Of a stretch of 64,000 nucleotides of DNA, positions 9,789 through 21,726 are shown piece after piece. The translations under genes and the position numbers were made by a program. Where the stretch lies: positions 32,001-96,000 of the forward strand of contig CAVXWZ010000008.1 of assembly GCA_963765575.1 (NCBI GenBank), in the 5' to 3' direction. This DNA comes from an uncultured cyanobacterium (GTDB lineage: Bacteria; Cyanobacteriota; Cyanobacteriia; PCC-6307; Cyanobiaceae). Each line of letters opens with the position of its first letter. The first letter of the stretch is position 1. The notes under the pieces were generated by a model, which saw only the letters and a list, made by a program, of their open reading frames with translations, was not told the origin of the DNA and ran no database searches.

Positions 9789-10138
9789 TGACGCACCTCC
9801 ATAGCGTCCGCGGCGGCGTAGGCGGCGGCCGGCCACCAGAGGGGCAAACCCCAGCTGCCGGCCTTCTGCCGCACCCGCCGGCCCACCACCACCGTCACGG
9901 TGAGCAGCCTGCGGTGCATCTACCGGCTGCTGCTGCTGGTCCTGGTGTTCCAGCTGAGCACCCTGCTGCTGGTGATCGCCGGGCCTGTCCCGCCGCGGCT
10001 GCCCCCGGCCACAGCCACCAACGTCCTCCGCCCCGATGCCGGCACTGCCGCCGGTGGGGCTCCCTTCGTCGTGACACCGCTTCCAGATCGATGAGCAGAA
10101 CAACGACCTGGCCCTGTCCACCAACGCCCCTCGTCCCG

Positions 10139-10381
10139 ATGGATCACCTCTCCCTCGTCTCCCGTTCCTGGAACGGCACACCGATCTCACGGCGCTTCAC
10201 CGATGGCTACGTCACTGCCACAGCGATGTGCAAGGCGAACAAGAAACGGTGGTCTGACTACCGCGAGTCAGACCGCTGCCAGCAGTCCGTCGATGGTGCT
10301 CCCCGCCAGGTCAAGAGCAACCGCCGCTCCTGGTTGATCAACACCTTCGAGCGCTTTGGCGCTCTGGTGGCAGGAGGCTGA
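10139..10381 (+). pseudogene. Truncated KilA-N domain gene
   Basis: WNGTPISRRFTDGYVTATAMCKANKKRWSDY, then lacks the distal GTWVHP part of the domain. Confidence 0.7.
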
Positions 10382-10617
10382 TGGACACCCCAACACCGAC
10401 ATCCCGCCAGCGGGTCTGGATCAGCACCGCCGAGGCCTGCGAAGTGCTGGGCATGAGCCGAGAGTCCCTCCGCCAGCTGCGGCTGCGGGGAGTACTGCAA
10501 CCCGGGAAGCACTACCGCCGCTGGGGCTGCACCCAGGGCCGTGGGCCGTTGCAGTGGCACCTTGAGAACGTGGAGGCCACCATCACCGGTTGGAGCCGGC
10601 GCCACCTGAGGCAATAA
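10381..10617 (+). CDS. Excisionase-like HTH DNA-binding protein
   Basis: WISTAEACEVLGMSRESLRQLR..LQPGKHYRR; last gene before the att region. Confidence 0.75.
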   Translation: MDTPTPTSRQRVWISTAEACEVLGMSRESLRQLRLRGVLQPGKHYRRWGCTQGRGPLQWHLENVEATITGWSRRHLRQ

Positions 10618-10656
10618 AAGCGTTGCGACCCCATGGGATCAGCAGGCACTGTCCTG

Positions 10657-10959
10657 AACCCGATCACGTCCCCCTCTCCTCTAATCGGGGATCGGGTTGC
10701 GTGATCGGGTTGTTGTTTGGGCCCTGGTCCTGCCGGCGCGGTGACACCCCGATCCAGCACCAACTTTTGCTCCGGGTTTGCTCACGTCCCCGCTCCAAGC
10801 AGTCCTGGAGGGCCCGCCCAGGCCGAGGTTGAGCAGATCACTGATCCACAGATCAGCGATGACTCTGCGGGTTCGCCAGAGCCAAATTCCGAGGCGGGGA
10901 CTGGAGCGGGCGAGCCAGATAAGTGAGCAAGGCGGCGATTTGCTCACCTGTTTGCTCAC
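10657..10959. repeat. Two families of short repeats, candidate integrase arm-type sites
   Basis: AACCCGATCACG (10657) with its exact inverse at 10700 and GATCGGGTTG twice; TTTGCTC(AC) pairs near 10766/10777 and at 10939/10951, plus inverse GTGAGCAA at 10923. Confidence 0.6.
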
Positions 10960-10989
10960 ATCCCCCTTGGCCAATCCCTGAAAAGTCAG

Positions 10990-11063
10990 TCGGGGCGACA
11001 GGATTCGAACCTGCGACCTAGTGCTCCCAAAGCACCCGCGCTACCAAGCTGCGCCACGCCCCG
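10990..11063 (-). tRNA. trnP: tRNA-Pro (TGG)
   Basis: CGGGGCGTGGCGCAGCTTGGTAGCGCGGGTGCTTTGGGAGCACTAGGTCGCAGGTTCGAATCCTGTCGCCCCGA folds as a cloverleaf. Confidence 0.97.
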
Positions 11064-11195
11064 AACGGGCTCAGCATACGGACTGAAAGATCCGGTAAGA
11101 CCTTCGCGCCCGGGCGGTCACGGCTCGGTCACAGGCCAGCGCTTGTGTTGGAGCTGCCCCCCAGCCAGGGGGCCGTTCCTCACCCCGCCTCAACC

Positions 11196-11615
11196 ATGAC
11201 GATCCTCCAAAGCCTGCGTGCCTCGGCGCCCCGACTGGCCCTGGCCGCCGGACTGCTGCTCCCCTTGTTGGCCCCCACCCAGGCCCAGGCCCAGCCCTAC
11301 GGCCGCGGCTGGCAGCGCGGCTATCGCTCCGTGCCGGTGCAGCGCTGGCAACCGGCTCCGTACCAGCAGCAGCAGCGGCGTTTCTATGACGACCCCAGCA
11401 TCCAGGCCTACGGCGGCCAGCCGGTGGTCTACGGCCCCGACGCCCGGGCGCAGCGCTGCAACCAGGGCCGCCTGGTGGGCGGACTCCTGGGCGGCGGCGC
11501 CGGTTATGCCCTGGCCAACGGCCGCGACCGGGTATGGGCCACGCCGCTGGGGGCTCTGCTCGGTTCCCAGATGGGCTGCAACGTCGGCCAGGGCAATGCA
11601 CCACTGCCCTGGTGA
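11196..11615 (+). CDS. Exported glycine-zipper protein
   Basis: Signal peptide; CNQGRLVGGLLGGGAGY..PLGALLGSQMGC. Confidence 0.7.
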   Translation: MTILQSLRASAPRLALAAGLLLPLLAPTQAQAQPYGRGWQRGYRSVPVQRWQPAPYQQQQRRFYDDPSIQAYGGQPVVYGPDARAQRCNQGRLVGGLLGGGAGYALANGRDRVWATPLGALLGSQMGCNVGQGNAPLPW

Positions 11616-11618
11616 AGC

Positions 11619-12020
11619 TCAGCTCGCCACGGCGATGCAGTCGATCTCCACCCGGGCCCCCTTGGGCAGGGCTGCCACCTGCACACAGGCCCGGGCCGGG
11701 GCCACCCCGGCAGCAAAGCGTTCGGCGTAGAGGGCGTTGACCCGCTCGAAATCGGCCAGGTCGGCCAGGAACACGGTGGTACGCACCACCTGGGCAGGCG
11801 AGAGCCCGGCTGCGGCCAGCACCGCGGCCAGGTTGTCGAGCACCTGCCGGGTTTCGGCCTCCACATCGCCGCCGCCCACCAGCACGCCGGTGCGGGGATC
11901 GAGGGCGATCTGGCCGGAGCAGAACAGCAACCCGCCAGCTCTCACGGCCTGGTTGTAGGGCCCCACCGGTGCCGGCGCGCCGGCGGTGTTCACGGCCTGG
12001 GCTGACTCCGCTGGGTTCAT
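11619..12020 (-). CDS. ridA: RidA family enamine/imine deaminase
   Basis: APAPVGPYNQAV, SGQIALDP, PARACVQVAALPKGARVEIDCIA. Confidence 0.92.
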   Translation of the reverse strand: MNPAESAQAVNTAGAPAPVGPYNQAVRAGGLLFCSGQIALDPRTGVLVGGGDVEAETRQVLDNLAAVLAAAGLSPAQVVRTTVFLADLADFERVNALYAERFAAGVAPARACVQVAALPKGARVEIDCIAVAS

Positions 12021-12268
12021 GCCGTTTTGAGCTGGAGTGCGAGCCTATGGCCCGTGGCTCAGCTGCGGCGCAGCAGCAGCAGCAGCAGGGTGCAGGCGCT
12101 CCAGCAGCCGCTGGCCAGCCTCGACCGCTTGCGGGCCGCTCCGGGCCGGGGCACCAGCCGACTCCAGACACCATCCCGATGCCGATCAGCACTCCCCGGC
12201 GGGCGTTGCTTTCGGTTCGATCAAGCCCACGGCAGGGGAGGCGTCGTGCCAGGGCTCGGGGCCTGGCC

Positions 12269-13078
12269 CTAGGTGGCTGGAGCGGTCCAGTGGTCCTTGC
12301 TCTGGCGCAGCCGGCCCAGCTCGCTGGCGTCGCTGGCCCGCACAAACAGATTGGTGGCCCGCTCCGCGCCGATGCTGCTGGGCACGGTGGCCTGGCCGGC
12401 GGCCCGCTGGCGCAGCACCGCGGCCAGCCGCTGGGCGATCGCCTTGTCCGTGGGGGCGGTGGCCGCCGCCCAGCGCAGGTTGGCCTCGGTGTACTCGTGG
12501 GCGCACCACACCCGGGTGGACGCGGGCAGGGCGGCCAGCCGCTGCAGGGAGGCGTGCATCTGGGCCGGGGAGCCCTCGAACAGCCGGCCGCAGCCACCCA
12601 CAAAAAGGGTGTCGCCGCAGAACAGATGGCCGCTGCGGGGCAACCAGAAGGCGATGTGGGCGCGGGTGTGGCCGGGCACGTCGATCACTTCCACCGGCTC
12701 GCCCAGCACCTCCAGCCGGTCGCCGCCCGCCACCCCGACGGTCTGCAGGGGGATGCGCTCGCGATCGGCGGCGGCGGCGATCACCGCCGCTCCGGGCCAC
12801 CGCTGCAGCAGCTCCGGGGTGCCGCCGATGTGGTCGCTGTGGTGGTGCGTGTGCAGGATCGCCTCCAGCTCCAGCCCGCGCTGCTCCAGGGCGCGGGCCA
12901 CCGGAGCGCCCACGGCCGGATCCACCACGGCGGCCCGGCGGCCCCGCTGCAGCACCATCACGTAGTTGTCGCGGAGCACCGGGATCAGCCAGGCCGCCAG
13001 CGGATCGATGGCCCGACCTTCGCCGCCGGGGCTGCTCGCGGCGGGCCCGGGGCTGGTCTCGTGGCGTTGCGGTCCCAT
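12269..13078 (-). CDS. gloB: Hydroxyacylglutathione hydrolase
   Basis: [34 protein letters not shown]. Confidence 0.92.
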   Translation of the reverse strand: MGPQRHETSPGPAASSPGGEGRAIDPLAAWLIPVLRDNYVMVLQRGRRAAVVDPAVGAPVARALEQRGLELEAILHTHHHSDHIGGTPELLQRWPGAAVIAAAADRERIPLQTVGVAGGDRLEVLGEPVEVIDVPGHTRAHIAFWLPRSGHLFCGDTLFVGGCGRLFEGSPAQMHASLQRLAALPASTRVWCAHEYTEANLRWAAATAPTDKAIAQRLAAVLRQRAAGQATVPSSIGAERATNLFVRASDASELGRLRQSKDHWTAPAT

Positions 13079-13130
13079 CGTTACAGTCCGCTCAGCGGTC
13101 CAGTTCCATGATCACCGCTGCCGTCCCTGC

Positions 13131-13847
13131 ATGAGCGCACCGGTCCCAGCCCCGGCACCGTCCCCGGTTCCCACCACCGTGGCCCTGGCCAAGGGGGCCC
13201 TGCTCGGCGATGCCGTGCGGCGTTTCGCGGCCGCGGGCCTCGACTTCGCGGCGGTGCTGGAGCCCGGCAACCGCCAGCTGATGGTGCCCAGTGCCTGCGG
13301 CCGCGCCCGGGCCCTGCTGGTGCGCAACGCCGATGTGCCGGTCTACGTGGCCTACGGCCAGGCCCAGCTCGGGGTGGTGGGCTACGACGTGCTGCGCGAG
13401 CACCAGCTGCCGGTGGCCCAGCTGGTGGACCTCGGCTTCGGTGGCTGCCGCATGAGCGTGGCGGTGAAGGCCAGCAGCCCCTACCGCCGGGTTGCCGACC
13501 TGCCGGCCCACTGCCGCATCGCCAGCAAGTTCACCCGCTGCGCCGAGGAGTTCTTCGCGGCCCTCGACCTGCCGGTGGAACTGATCCACCTGGCCGGATC
13601 GGTGGAGCTGGGGCCGATCACGGGCATGAGTGAGGCGATCGTGGATCTGGTGGCCAGCGGCCGCACCCTGCAGGACAACGGCCTGATCGCCATCGAAGAC
13701 CTCTTCCACTCCACCGCCCGCCTGGTGGCCCATCCCCTGGCCCTGCGCCTGGACGACGGCCGCTTGCAGGCGATCGTCGATCGGGTGGCCGCCGTCGGCG
13801 TTGCCGCCGCTGGCCCCAGGCCGCAGCCCGCGGCGCTCCCGGCCTGA
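13131..13847 (+). CDS. hisG: ATP phosphoribosyltransferase (short form)
   Basis: [37 protein letters not shown]. Confidence 0.93.
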   Translation: MSAPVPAPAPSPVPTTVALAKGALLGDAVRRFAAAGLDFAAVLEPGNRQLMVPSACGRARALLVRNADVPVYVAYGQAQLGVVGYDVLREHQLPVAQLVDLGFGGCRMSVAVKASSPYRRVADLPAHCRIASKFTRCAEEFFAALDLPVELIHLAGSVELGPITGMSEAIVDLVASGRTLQDNGLIAIEDLFHSTARLVAHPLALRLDDGRLQAIVDRVAAVGVAAAGPRPQPAALPA

Positions 13848-15647
13848 TGGCGTCCCTCGATCGTCAGCGCCTGCTGCGGCTGCTTCCCTACGCCGCCAGC
13901 GACCGTGGCCGCCTGCTGCTCACCCTGCTGCTGCTGATCCCGGTGGCGGGGGCGGCGGCGATCCAGCCCCTGCTGGTGGGCCAGGCGATCGCCGTGCTGC
14001 GCGCCGAGCCCACCCTGCCCTGGCTGCAGGGCATGGCGGTGCCGGAGGCGCTGCGGCTGCTGGTGCTGACCCTGCTGGTGGCGGTGCTGGTGCGCCTCGG
14101 CCTGCAGGGCGTGCAGACCTTCAACGTCCAGGCGGTGGGCCAGCGGCTCACGGCGCGCATCCGCGACGACCTGTTCGCCCATGCCATGGCGCTGTCGCTG
14201 CGGTTCCACGACCGCATGCCGGTGGGCAAGCTGCTCACCCGGCTCACCAGCGACGTCGATGCCCTGGCCGAGGTGTTCGGCAGCGGCGCCGTGGGGGTGC
14301 TGGCCGACCTGGTGACGCTGCTGGTGATCGCCGTCACCATGCTTCTGATCGAATGGCGCCTGGCCCTGCTGCTGCTCGCCGCCCAGGTGCCGGTGGTGCT
14401 CGGCATGCTCTGGCTGCAGCAGCGCTACCGCCGCGCCAACTACCGGGTGCGGGAGGAGCTCAGCCAGCTCAACGCCGACCTGCAGGAAAACCTCCAGGGG
14501 CTGGAGGTGGTGCAGATGTTCCGCCGCGAGGCCGTGAACAGCGCCCGCTTCGCCGAAACCACCGACCGCTACCGCCGGGCGGTGGCCGGCACGATCTTCT
14601 ACGACAGCGCCATTTCCGCCTTCATCGAGTGGGTGGCCCTGGTTGCCGTCGCTGCGGTGCTGGCCCTGGGGGGCGCCATGGTCACCACCGGCGCCCTCGG
14701 CCTGGGCACGCTCACCACCTTCATCCTCTACTCCCAGCGCCTGTTCGACCCCCTGCGCCAGCTGGCTGAGCGCTTCACCCAGATCCAGGGCGGCCTGACG
14801 GCGGTGGAGCGGATCGGCGAGCTGCTGGAGCAGCCGATCGAGATCGACGACCTGCCCCACGAGCAGCGCTCGGCCCTGGCCCGCCGCAGTGGCGAGCAAC
14901 GTCGCAGCGCCGGCGAGGTGATCTTCGAGCGCGTGTCCTTTGCCTACCGCCCCGACGAACCGATCCTCAGCGACCTCAGCTTCCGGATCGCCCCCGGGGA
15001 ACACGTGGCCCTGGTGGGCCCCACCGGCTCCGGCAAGACCACCGTGATCCGTCTGCTCTGCCGGCTTTACGAGCCCCAGCAGGGCCGCATCCTGCTCGAT
15101 GGCGTCGACATCCGTGAACTGCCCACCGACACCCTCCGCCGCCGCCTCGGCGTGGTGCTGCAGGACACCTTCCTGTTCAGCGGCAGCGTGGCCGACAACC
15201 TGCGCCTCGACGCTCCCATCTCCAGCGATCGAGCTGCGCCGGCTCTGCGCGGAGCTGGGGCTGGCGCCGCTGCTGGCCCGCCTGCCCGATGGCCTGGCCA
15301 CGGAGCTGCGCGAGCGCGGCGCCAACCTCTCCTCCGGCGAACGCCAGCTGCTGGCGGTGGCGCGGGTGGCGATCCGGGACCCCTCGGTGCTGGTGATGGA
15401 CGAGGCCACCGCCTTCATGGATCCCTCCACCGAGGCCACCCTGCAGGCGGATCTGGACCGGCTGCTGCAGCAGCGCACCGCCGTGGTGATCGCCCACCGC
15501 CTGGCAACGGTGGAGGCCGCCGATCGCATCCTGGTGCTGCGCCGCGGCCGCCTGATCGAGCAGGGCAATCACCGCCAGCTGCGCGCCGCCGGTGGGCTCT
15601 ATGCCCAGCTGGCCGACCTGCAGGAGCGGGGCCTGGCCGCCCTCTGA
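13847..15647 (+). CDS. ABC exporter (TM + NBD); frameshift near 15226
   Basis: TM domain, GPTGSGKT; second frame has LSSGERQ and MDEAT. Confidence 0.9.
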
Positions 15648-15654
15648 ACCCGGC

Positions 15655-16431
15655 TCAGGGCCCTGGCGCCAGCGCCGCCGAGCCGGGCGCCAGCGGCAGC
15701 TCCTCCAGCCAGTCGCCCAGGCAGGCCGCCAGCCGCCCGGGCATCTGCAGCATCGGCAGGTGGCCCGCCCCCTCCAGCACCCTGATCTGGTGCCGCGGTG
15801 CGTAGCCCGCCAGATGGCGCACGTAGCGGGGCTCCATCACGGTGTCGCGGCTGCCGGCGATCCAGAGGCTCGGCACCGTCAGTTCGCTGGTGAGCAGCGG
15901 CAGGGCGCCCACGGCGCTGCGGCGCAGGCTGCAGGCCAGCAGTCCCCGGGCCGCGTGCAGGTCGGCGAGCAGGGGGCTGCGCAGGCCATCGCTGCCGGGC
16001 AGCTGCAGCAGCCAGCGCGGCCGCCAGCGCAGGATCAGGCTGCCGCCGCGCCGCACCCGCGCGAACGCCCTCGGCTGGTACACCCCTCCGCCGGCGGCGA
16101 TCTGCACCACGCCCGCCAGTTGGCCACCGAGCTGGCGGGCGGCATGCAGGGCGATGCTGCCCCCGAGGGAATGGCCCACCAGCACCACCTGGCCGCCATG
16201 GCGCTGCCGGCACTGCTCGGCCAGCCAGGCGCCGTAGCTGGCCAGGCTGGGCTGAAGGCCGCGGGGCCGCAGGCTGCCGCCGAACCCGGGCAGATCGGGG
16301 CTCCAGAACGGCCAGCGGGGCTCCAGCTCGCGGGCCAGGGGCTGCCACAGCCGCCCGGACAGCAGCCAGCCATGCACCCCCACCAGCAGCGGGCGGGCTG
16401 GGGTGGGAACGTCGCCGGCAGGGATCTCCAT
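15655..16431 (-). CDS. Alpha/beta hydrolase
   Basis: HGWLLS, DLPGFG, GHSLGG, GAGHLPM. Confidence 0.85.
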   Translation of the reverse strand: MEIPAGDVPTPARPLLVGVHGWLLSGRLWQPLARELEPRWPFWSPDLPGFGGSLRPRGLQPSLASYGAWLAEQCRQRHGGQVVLVGHSLGGSIALHAARQLGGQLAGVVQIAAGGGVYQPRAFARVRRGGSLILRWRPRWLLQLPGSDGLRSPLLADLHAARGLLACSLRRSAVGALPLLTSELTVPSLWIAGSRDTVMEPRYVRHLAGYAPRHQIRVLEGAGHLPMLQMPGRLAACLGDWLEELPLAPGSAALAPGP

Positions 16432-16464
16432 CAGTCAGGATCGTGCCACCCCGTCTGCGCGGCC

Positions 16465-16953
16465 GTGCCCCCGGTGGACCTGCTCACCTCGCTCTATGGC
16501 ACCGGTCATCGCCGCTGCGAGACCCCCAACGCCCAGCTCAGCCTGGTGCTGAGCAGCGAGCGGCCGATCGATCTGTTTGAACTCGAGCAGCTCTGCGATG
16601 CGGTGGGCTGGAGCCGCCGCCCCGTGCGGCGGGTGCGCAAGGCCCTCCAGAACAGCCTGCTGCGGGTGGGTCTGTGGCGCCACGATCCGCGCCTTCCCCG
16701 GCTGGTGGGCTTTGCCCGCTGCACCGGCGACGGCGTTGTGGAGGCCACGGTCTGGGATGTTGCCGTGCACCCGCACTACCAGGGCGCCGGGCTGGGGCGC
16801 TCGCTGATGGACTACGTGCTCGAGCAGCTGCGCGACCTGGAGGTGCAGCGGGTGAACCTGTTTGCCGACCCCGGGGTGGTGGGCTTCTACCAGGGACAGG
16901 GCTGGGAGCTGGAACCGCTGCAGCGCCGCTGCGCCTTCTGGTACGCCCCCTGA
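16465..16953 (+). CDS. GNAT N-acetyltransferase (Ycf52-like)
   Basis: LEQLCDAVGWSRRP, WDVAVHPHYQGAGLG, AFWY. Confidence 0.85.
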   Translation: MPPVDLLTSLYGTGHRRCETPNAQLSLVLSSERPIDLFELEQLCDAVGWSRRPVRRVRKALQNSLLRVGLWRHDPRLPRLVGFARCTGDGVVEATVWDVAVHPHYQGAGLGRSLMDYVLEQLRDLEVQRVNLFADPGVVGFYQGQGWELEPLQRRCAFWYAP

Positions 16954-16964
16954 GCGAGGCCGGC

Positions 16965-17648
16965 TCAGGCGTCGTAGTAGCGCCGGGCCAGCAACTCCAG
17001 GGATTCACCCCGCCGCCAGGCCCGCCGCAGGCCCGCGTTCTCCACGGTGGTGCGCCACACCCCCAGCCGCCGCCAGCGGCGCTCATCCACCGACACCGCC
17101 GCCCCCAGGCTGCGCAGCCGGGCCCGCCGGCCCAGGCGCTGGGCCAGATCCAGGTCCTCCATCAACGGCAGGGGGCGCATGCCGCCGGCGGCCTCGTAGA
17201 GGTCGCGGCTGAGCAGCAACCCCTGGTCGCCGTAGGGCAACTGGCGCCAGCGGCTGCGCAGGGCCACGCCCAGTTCCACCAGGCGCAGGGCGGGATCCCG
17301 GCCGGCAATGGCCAAATCGAAATACCAGGCCAGCCCGTCGCCGGCCCCGATCGCCTGCCCAATCCGCTCGGCCCAGCGCAGCGGCAGCTGCACGTCGGCG
17401 TGGAGCAGCAGCAGCCAGGCACCCTGGGCCTCGGCGGCACCGAGGGCCAGCTGGCGGCCGCGGCCTGGGGCGCTGTGCAGCAGCCGTGCCCCGGCCAACC
17501 GGCTCACCAGGGCCGTGGCGTCGTCGCTGCCGCCATCCACCACCAGCACCTCCCGCACCAGCCCCGGCCGTTGTGCCAGCTGGGCCAGCAGTGCCGGCAG
17601 CCGGGAGCTCTCGTTGCGGGCTGCGATCACCGCGCTCAGCCCGTCCAT
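16965..17648 (-). CDS. Family 2 glycosyltransferase (TIGR04283-like)
   Basis: VVDGGSDD, LLHAD, LPYGDQGL, PLMED. Confidence 0.88.
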   Translation of the reverse strand: MDGLSAVIAARNESSRLPALLAQLAQRPGLVREVLVVDGGSDDATALVSRLAGARLLHSAPGRGRQLALGAAEAQGAWLLLLHADVQLPLRWAERIGQAIGAGDGLAWYFDLAIAGRDPALRLVELGVALRSRWRQLPYGDQGLLLSRDLYEAAGGMRPLPLMEDLDLAQRLGRRARLRSLGAAVSVDERRWRRLGVWRTTVENAGLRRAWRRGESLELLARRYYDA

Positions 17649-17654
17649 GGCCGC

Positions 17655-18266
17655 TCAGCGCCAGGCGGCCAGGTCGGCCGGCCGGTCGAGGTCGTGGCGG
17701 CAACTGAGCCACTGGGGCTCGAGCCCCAGCCTGGCCGCCGCGCGGCTGGTGTGCTCCAGCACCCCGGGGCCACCCCAGGGGATGCCGCTGAACAGCTCCG
17801 GCCACGACCCATTCAGGCCGATCAGCCAGTAGCCCCCATCGGCGGCCGGCCCGAGCACCAGCGGGCCCGTGTCCAGGGCCCGGAAGGCCCGCTCCAGTTC
17901 GGCGGCCTCCAGCTGCGGCAGATCACTGCCCACCAGCACCAGCTGCTGGATCCCCCGGCGGCGGGCCTGCAGCACCTGGCGCTGCAGCCGCAGCCCGAGG
18001 CTGCCGGGGCCCTGCGGCACCGCCCGATCACATCCCAGTGCCGCTCCCCAGCGCCCCAGGGCCCGGGGGGCCAGCCCCTGGACCGCCAACACCAGCTCGA
18101 AGCCCAGGTGCCGCCGCGCCTGCGCGGCCACGGCGCAGGTGTGGCGGCAGAGTCCGCGTTGCACGGCGGCGGCCCGCCGCCGGCCGATGCCGGCGGCCAG
18201 CCGGCTCTTGCAGCGGCCTGGCGCCGGCCAGCGCGCCATCACCACCAACTCCCGCGTGGCCGTCAA
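17655..18266 (-). CDS. DUF2064 / TIGR04282-like transferase
   Basis: PAPGRCKSRL, GSDLP, GPAADGGYWLIG. Confidence 0.85.
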   Translation of the reverse strand: MTATRELVVMARWPAPGRCKSRLAAGIGRRRAAAVQRGLCRHTCAVAAQARRHLGFELVLAVQGLAPRALGRWGAALGCDRAVPQGPGSLGLRLQRQVLQARRRGIQQLVLVGSDLPQLEAAELERAFRALDTGPLVLGPAADGGYWLIGLNGSWPELFSGIPWGGPGVLEHTSRAAARLGLEPQWLSCRHDLDRPADLAAWR

Positions 18267-19411
18267 CCCTGCCGGGGCAGTTCGGCGGGCTTGAGCGTGA
18301 GGCTGCGGCTCTCCTCGCCGCGCTGCACAACGATGACCAGCTCGTCCCCCACGTTCACCCGATCCACGCCCAGCTGCACCTCCGAGGGATTGCGCACCGC
18401 TTCGCCCCCCACCTTCTCGATCAGGTCGCAGGGTCGGATGCCGCCCCGGTCGGCGGGACTTTCGGCCATCACGTCCACGACCACAACCCCATTGACTTCA
18501 GGCAGGCGGCACTGATCGGTGCTGGCGTTGATCTCGCGGGCCAGCTGGGGGGTGATCGCCTGCAGTCGCACGCCGATGTAGGGGTGGCTGGCGTAGCCCC
18601 GCTCGAGGATCTGGGCCGCGATCTGGCGCGCCACATCGATCGGGATCGCGAAGCTGAGGCCGGCGCCGGGGGCCTGGCGGATGGCGGTGTTGATGCCGAT
18701 CACCTGGCCGCGGTCGTTGATCAGTGGTCCGCCGCTGTTGCCCGGATTCACGGCGGCGTCGGTCTGGATGTAGGGCACCCGCTGGCCCTCCCCCACGGCG
18801 TTGGTGCGCTGGATGGCACTGATGATTCCGGCGGTCACGGTGTTGTCGAGCCCGAGGGGGTTGCCGATGGCGATCGCCCATTCGCCCGGCCGCACCCGGG
18901 TGGAATCGCCCAGCGGCGCCACCGGCAGCTTGCTGGCCACCACCTTCACCACTCCCACATCGGTGAGCGGGTCGGTGCCGAGCACCTTGCCGCTGAAGCT
19001 GCGGCCGTCGGGAAGGGTGATGGTCACGTCACTGGCGCCCTCCACCACGTGGGCGTTGGTGAGGATCACCCCGTCGGAGCGGGTGATGAAACCCGAGCCC
19101 TGGCCCTGCTCCTGCTGGATGGTGGGTCCGCGGCCGAACAGCCCCCCCAGGGGATTGATCACCCGCTTGGTGGTGTCGATCCGCACCACCGCCGGCCCCA
19201 CCTTCTCCACCGCCTCCACGATCACGTTGCTGCTGGCCTGCAGCGGTGCCGCCGGGGGGGCGTCGCTGATGCGCACCGTCTCTTCGCCGCTCTCCCCCGG
19301 CAGGCGCGGCAGGCCCGGGATGGTGCGGACGCCGCAACCGCTCAGCACGGCCAGCGCGGCGATCAGACCAGCCAGGCCGGCGTGGCGGTGGCTGGGAATG
19401 GGGCGAGGCAT
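18263..19411 (-). CDS. HtrA/DegP-family serine protease with PDZ domain
   Basis: TNAHVV, GNSGGPL, C-terminal PDZ; LSGC lipobox. Confidence 0.92.
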   Translation of the reverse strand: MPRPIPSHRHAGLAGLIAALAVLSGCGVRTIPGLPRLPGESGEETVRISDAPPAAPLQASSNVIVEAVEKVGPAVVRIDTTKRVINPLGGLFGRGPTIQQEQGQGSGFITRSDGVILTNAHVVEGASDVTITLPDGRSFSGKVLGTDPLTDVGVVKVVASKLPVAPLGDSTRVRPGEWAIAIGNPLGLDNTVTAGIISAIQRTNAVGEGQRVPYIQTDAAVNPGNSGGPLINDRGQVIGINTAIRQAPGAGLSFAIPIDVARQIAAQILERGYASHPYIGVRLQAITPQLAREINASTDQCRLPEVNGVVVVDVMAESPADRGGIRPCDLIEKVGGEAVRNPSEVQLGVDRVNVGDELVIVVQRGEESRSLTLKPAELPRQG

Positions 19412-19515
19412 GGAGGACGGGGCGGGTGCGGCGGATGCGCAGGCATTCCGCTTCATTAAAGACCGTGCACCGCGATGCCTCTGCGTAGAGTTCGGCACTT
19501 GCGTGGCGTTGATCG

Positions 19516-20981
<1,466 letters not shown>

Positions 20982-20998
20982 GCCGGGGCGCGGGCCAA

Positions 20999-21499
20999 TC
21001 AGGTGCAGCCCTGCACGGAGATGCGATAGCTGAAGCCGAGAGCGTTGGGATCATCGCTGGCGCCCACCTTGAAATTCATCTGGCTGGCCTGCTTCTCCGG
21101 CACGGCGGGGAAGGGGCCGAACTCTTGGCCTTGTCCGATCGGTGGATTCATGGTGGCGTTTATCACCTGAAGGCTGGTGCCATCGGTGAACTTCATGAAT
21201 CCCTCCACGGGATATTTCGCATTGGCATCGGAGGAATTTGCCGTGAAGAAGAACTTGTAGCTTTTGTACGGCTGATCCACGATGAAATCGGTGTTCCAGT
21301 TCGTCTTGCCGAGCAGCTTGGCCCTGCCCACTGTCTTCGACACCACAGGATTGCTGCCATCCCCACCGATCGGTTGGAGGAAGGTGCAGGTTTCTGCGTG
21401 GGCGGCACCGGCGGTCGCCAGTGGCAGGCTGCAGGCCAGGGCCAGCATGGGGAGATGGTGGCCGAAACCGGAGCGGAAACTGGCGAGTCTGTTGATCAT
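20999..21499 (-). CDS. Exported beta-rich hypothetical protein, paralog A
   Basis: Signal peptide ending AHA-ETC; C-terminal ISVQGC; homologous to 21727-22230. Confidence 0.8.
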   Translation of the reverse strand: MINRLASFRSGFGHHLPMLALACSLPLATAGAAHAETCTFLQPIGGDGSNPVVSKTVGRAKLLGKTNWNTDFIVDQPYKSYKFFFTANSSDANAKYPVEGFMKFTDGTSLQVINATMNPPIGQGQEFGPFPAVPEKQASQMNFKVGASDDPNALGFSYRISVQGCT

Positions 21500-21533
21500 G
21501 GTGGCTGAAATACTGGCTTTGAAATCGTAGATG

Positions 21534-21659
21534 AGCGGCCGGGCCGGATCGAGACCCTCCACTTCACCCTGGAACACCCGGCTGGCGGTGATGTCCTCCG
21601 CTTCGATCGTCATCAGGTCGAGCTTCGTCACCGCCGTGCCCATGCCGCTGAACAGGCGG
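21534..21659. repeat. Exact 126-bp copy of the cbbX 3' region (22291-22416)
   Basis: Base-by-base comparison, no mismatch seen. Confidence 0.95.
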
Positions 21660-21715
21660 CAGGTGCAGCAGGTGCGCGACCTGCTGCAGATCGATTGCCG
21701 CCGCCGGCGCTGAGC
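21660..21715. repeat. 56-bp copy of the dnaA 3' end (20928-20983)
   Basis: 55/56 identical (ATT vs ATC); includes the stop codon. Confidence 0.95.
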
Positions 21716-21726
21716 TGGCCCTGGGA

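Larger units (their letters stand above)
1..10989. mobile_element. Phage-like integrative element (right part) adjacent to the 3' end of tRNA-Pro; left end and integrase not in window
   Basis: Cluster of primase-helicase, SF2 helicase, VRR-NUC, SSB, KilA-N, excisionase and TA genes ending at a tRNA 3' end; core genes resume beyond the tRNA. Confidence 0.85.

Noticed and set aside
12021..12268. Possible small gene or CAG-run repeat between ridA and gloB
   Set aside because: No frame gives a recognisable product; the short GCA run is low complexity.
19412..19515. oriC next to dnaA
   Set aside because: No TTATCCACA-like boxes or AT-rich unwinding region on either side of dnaA.
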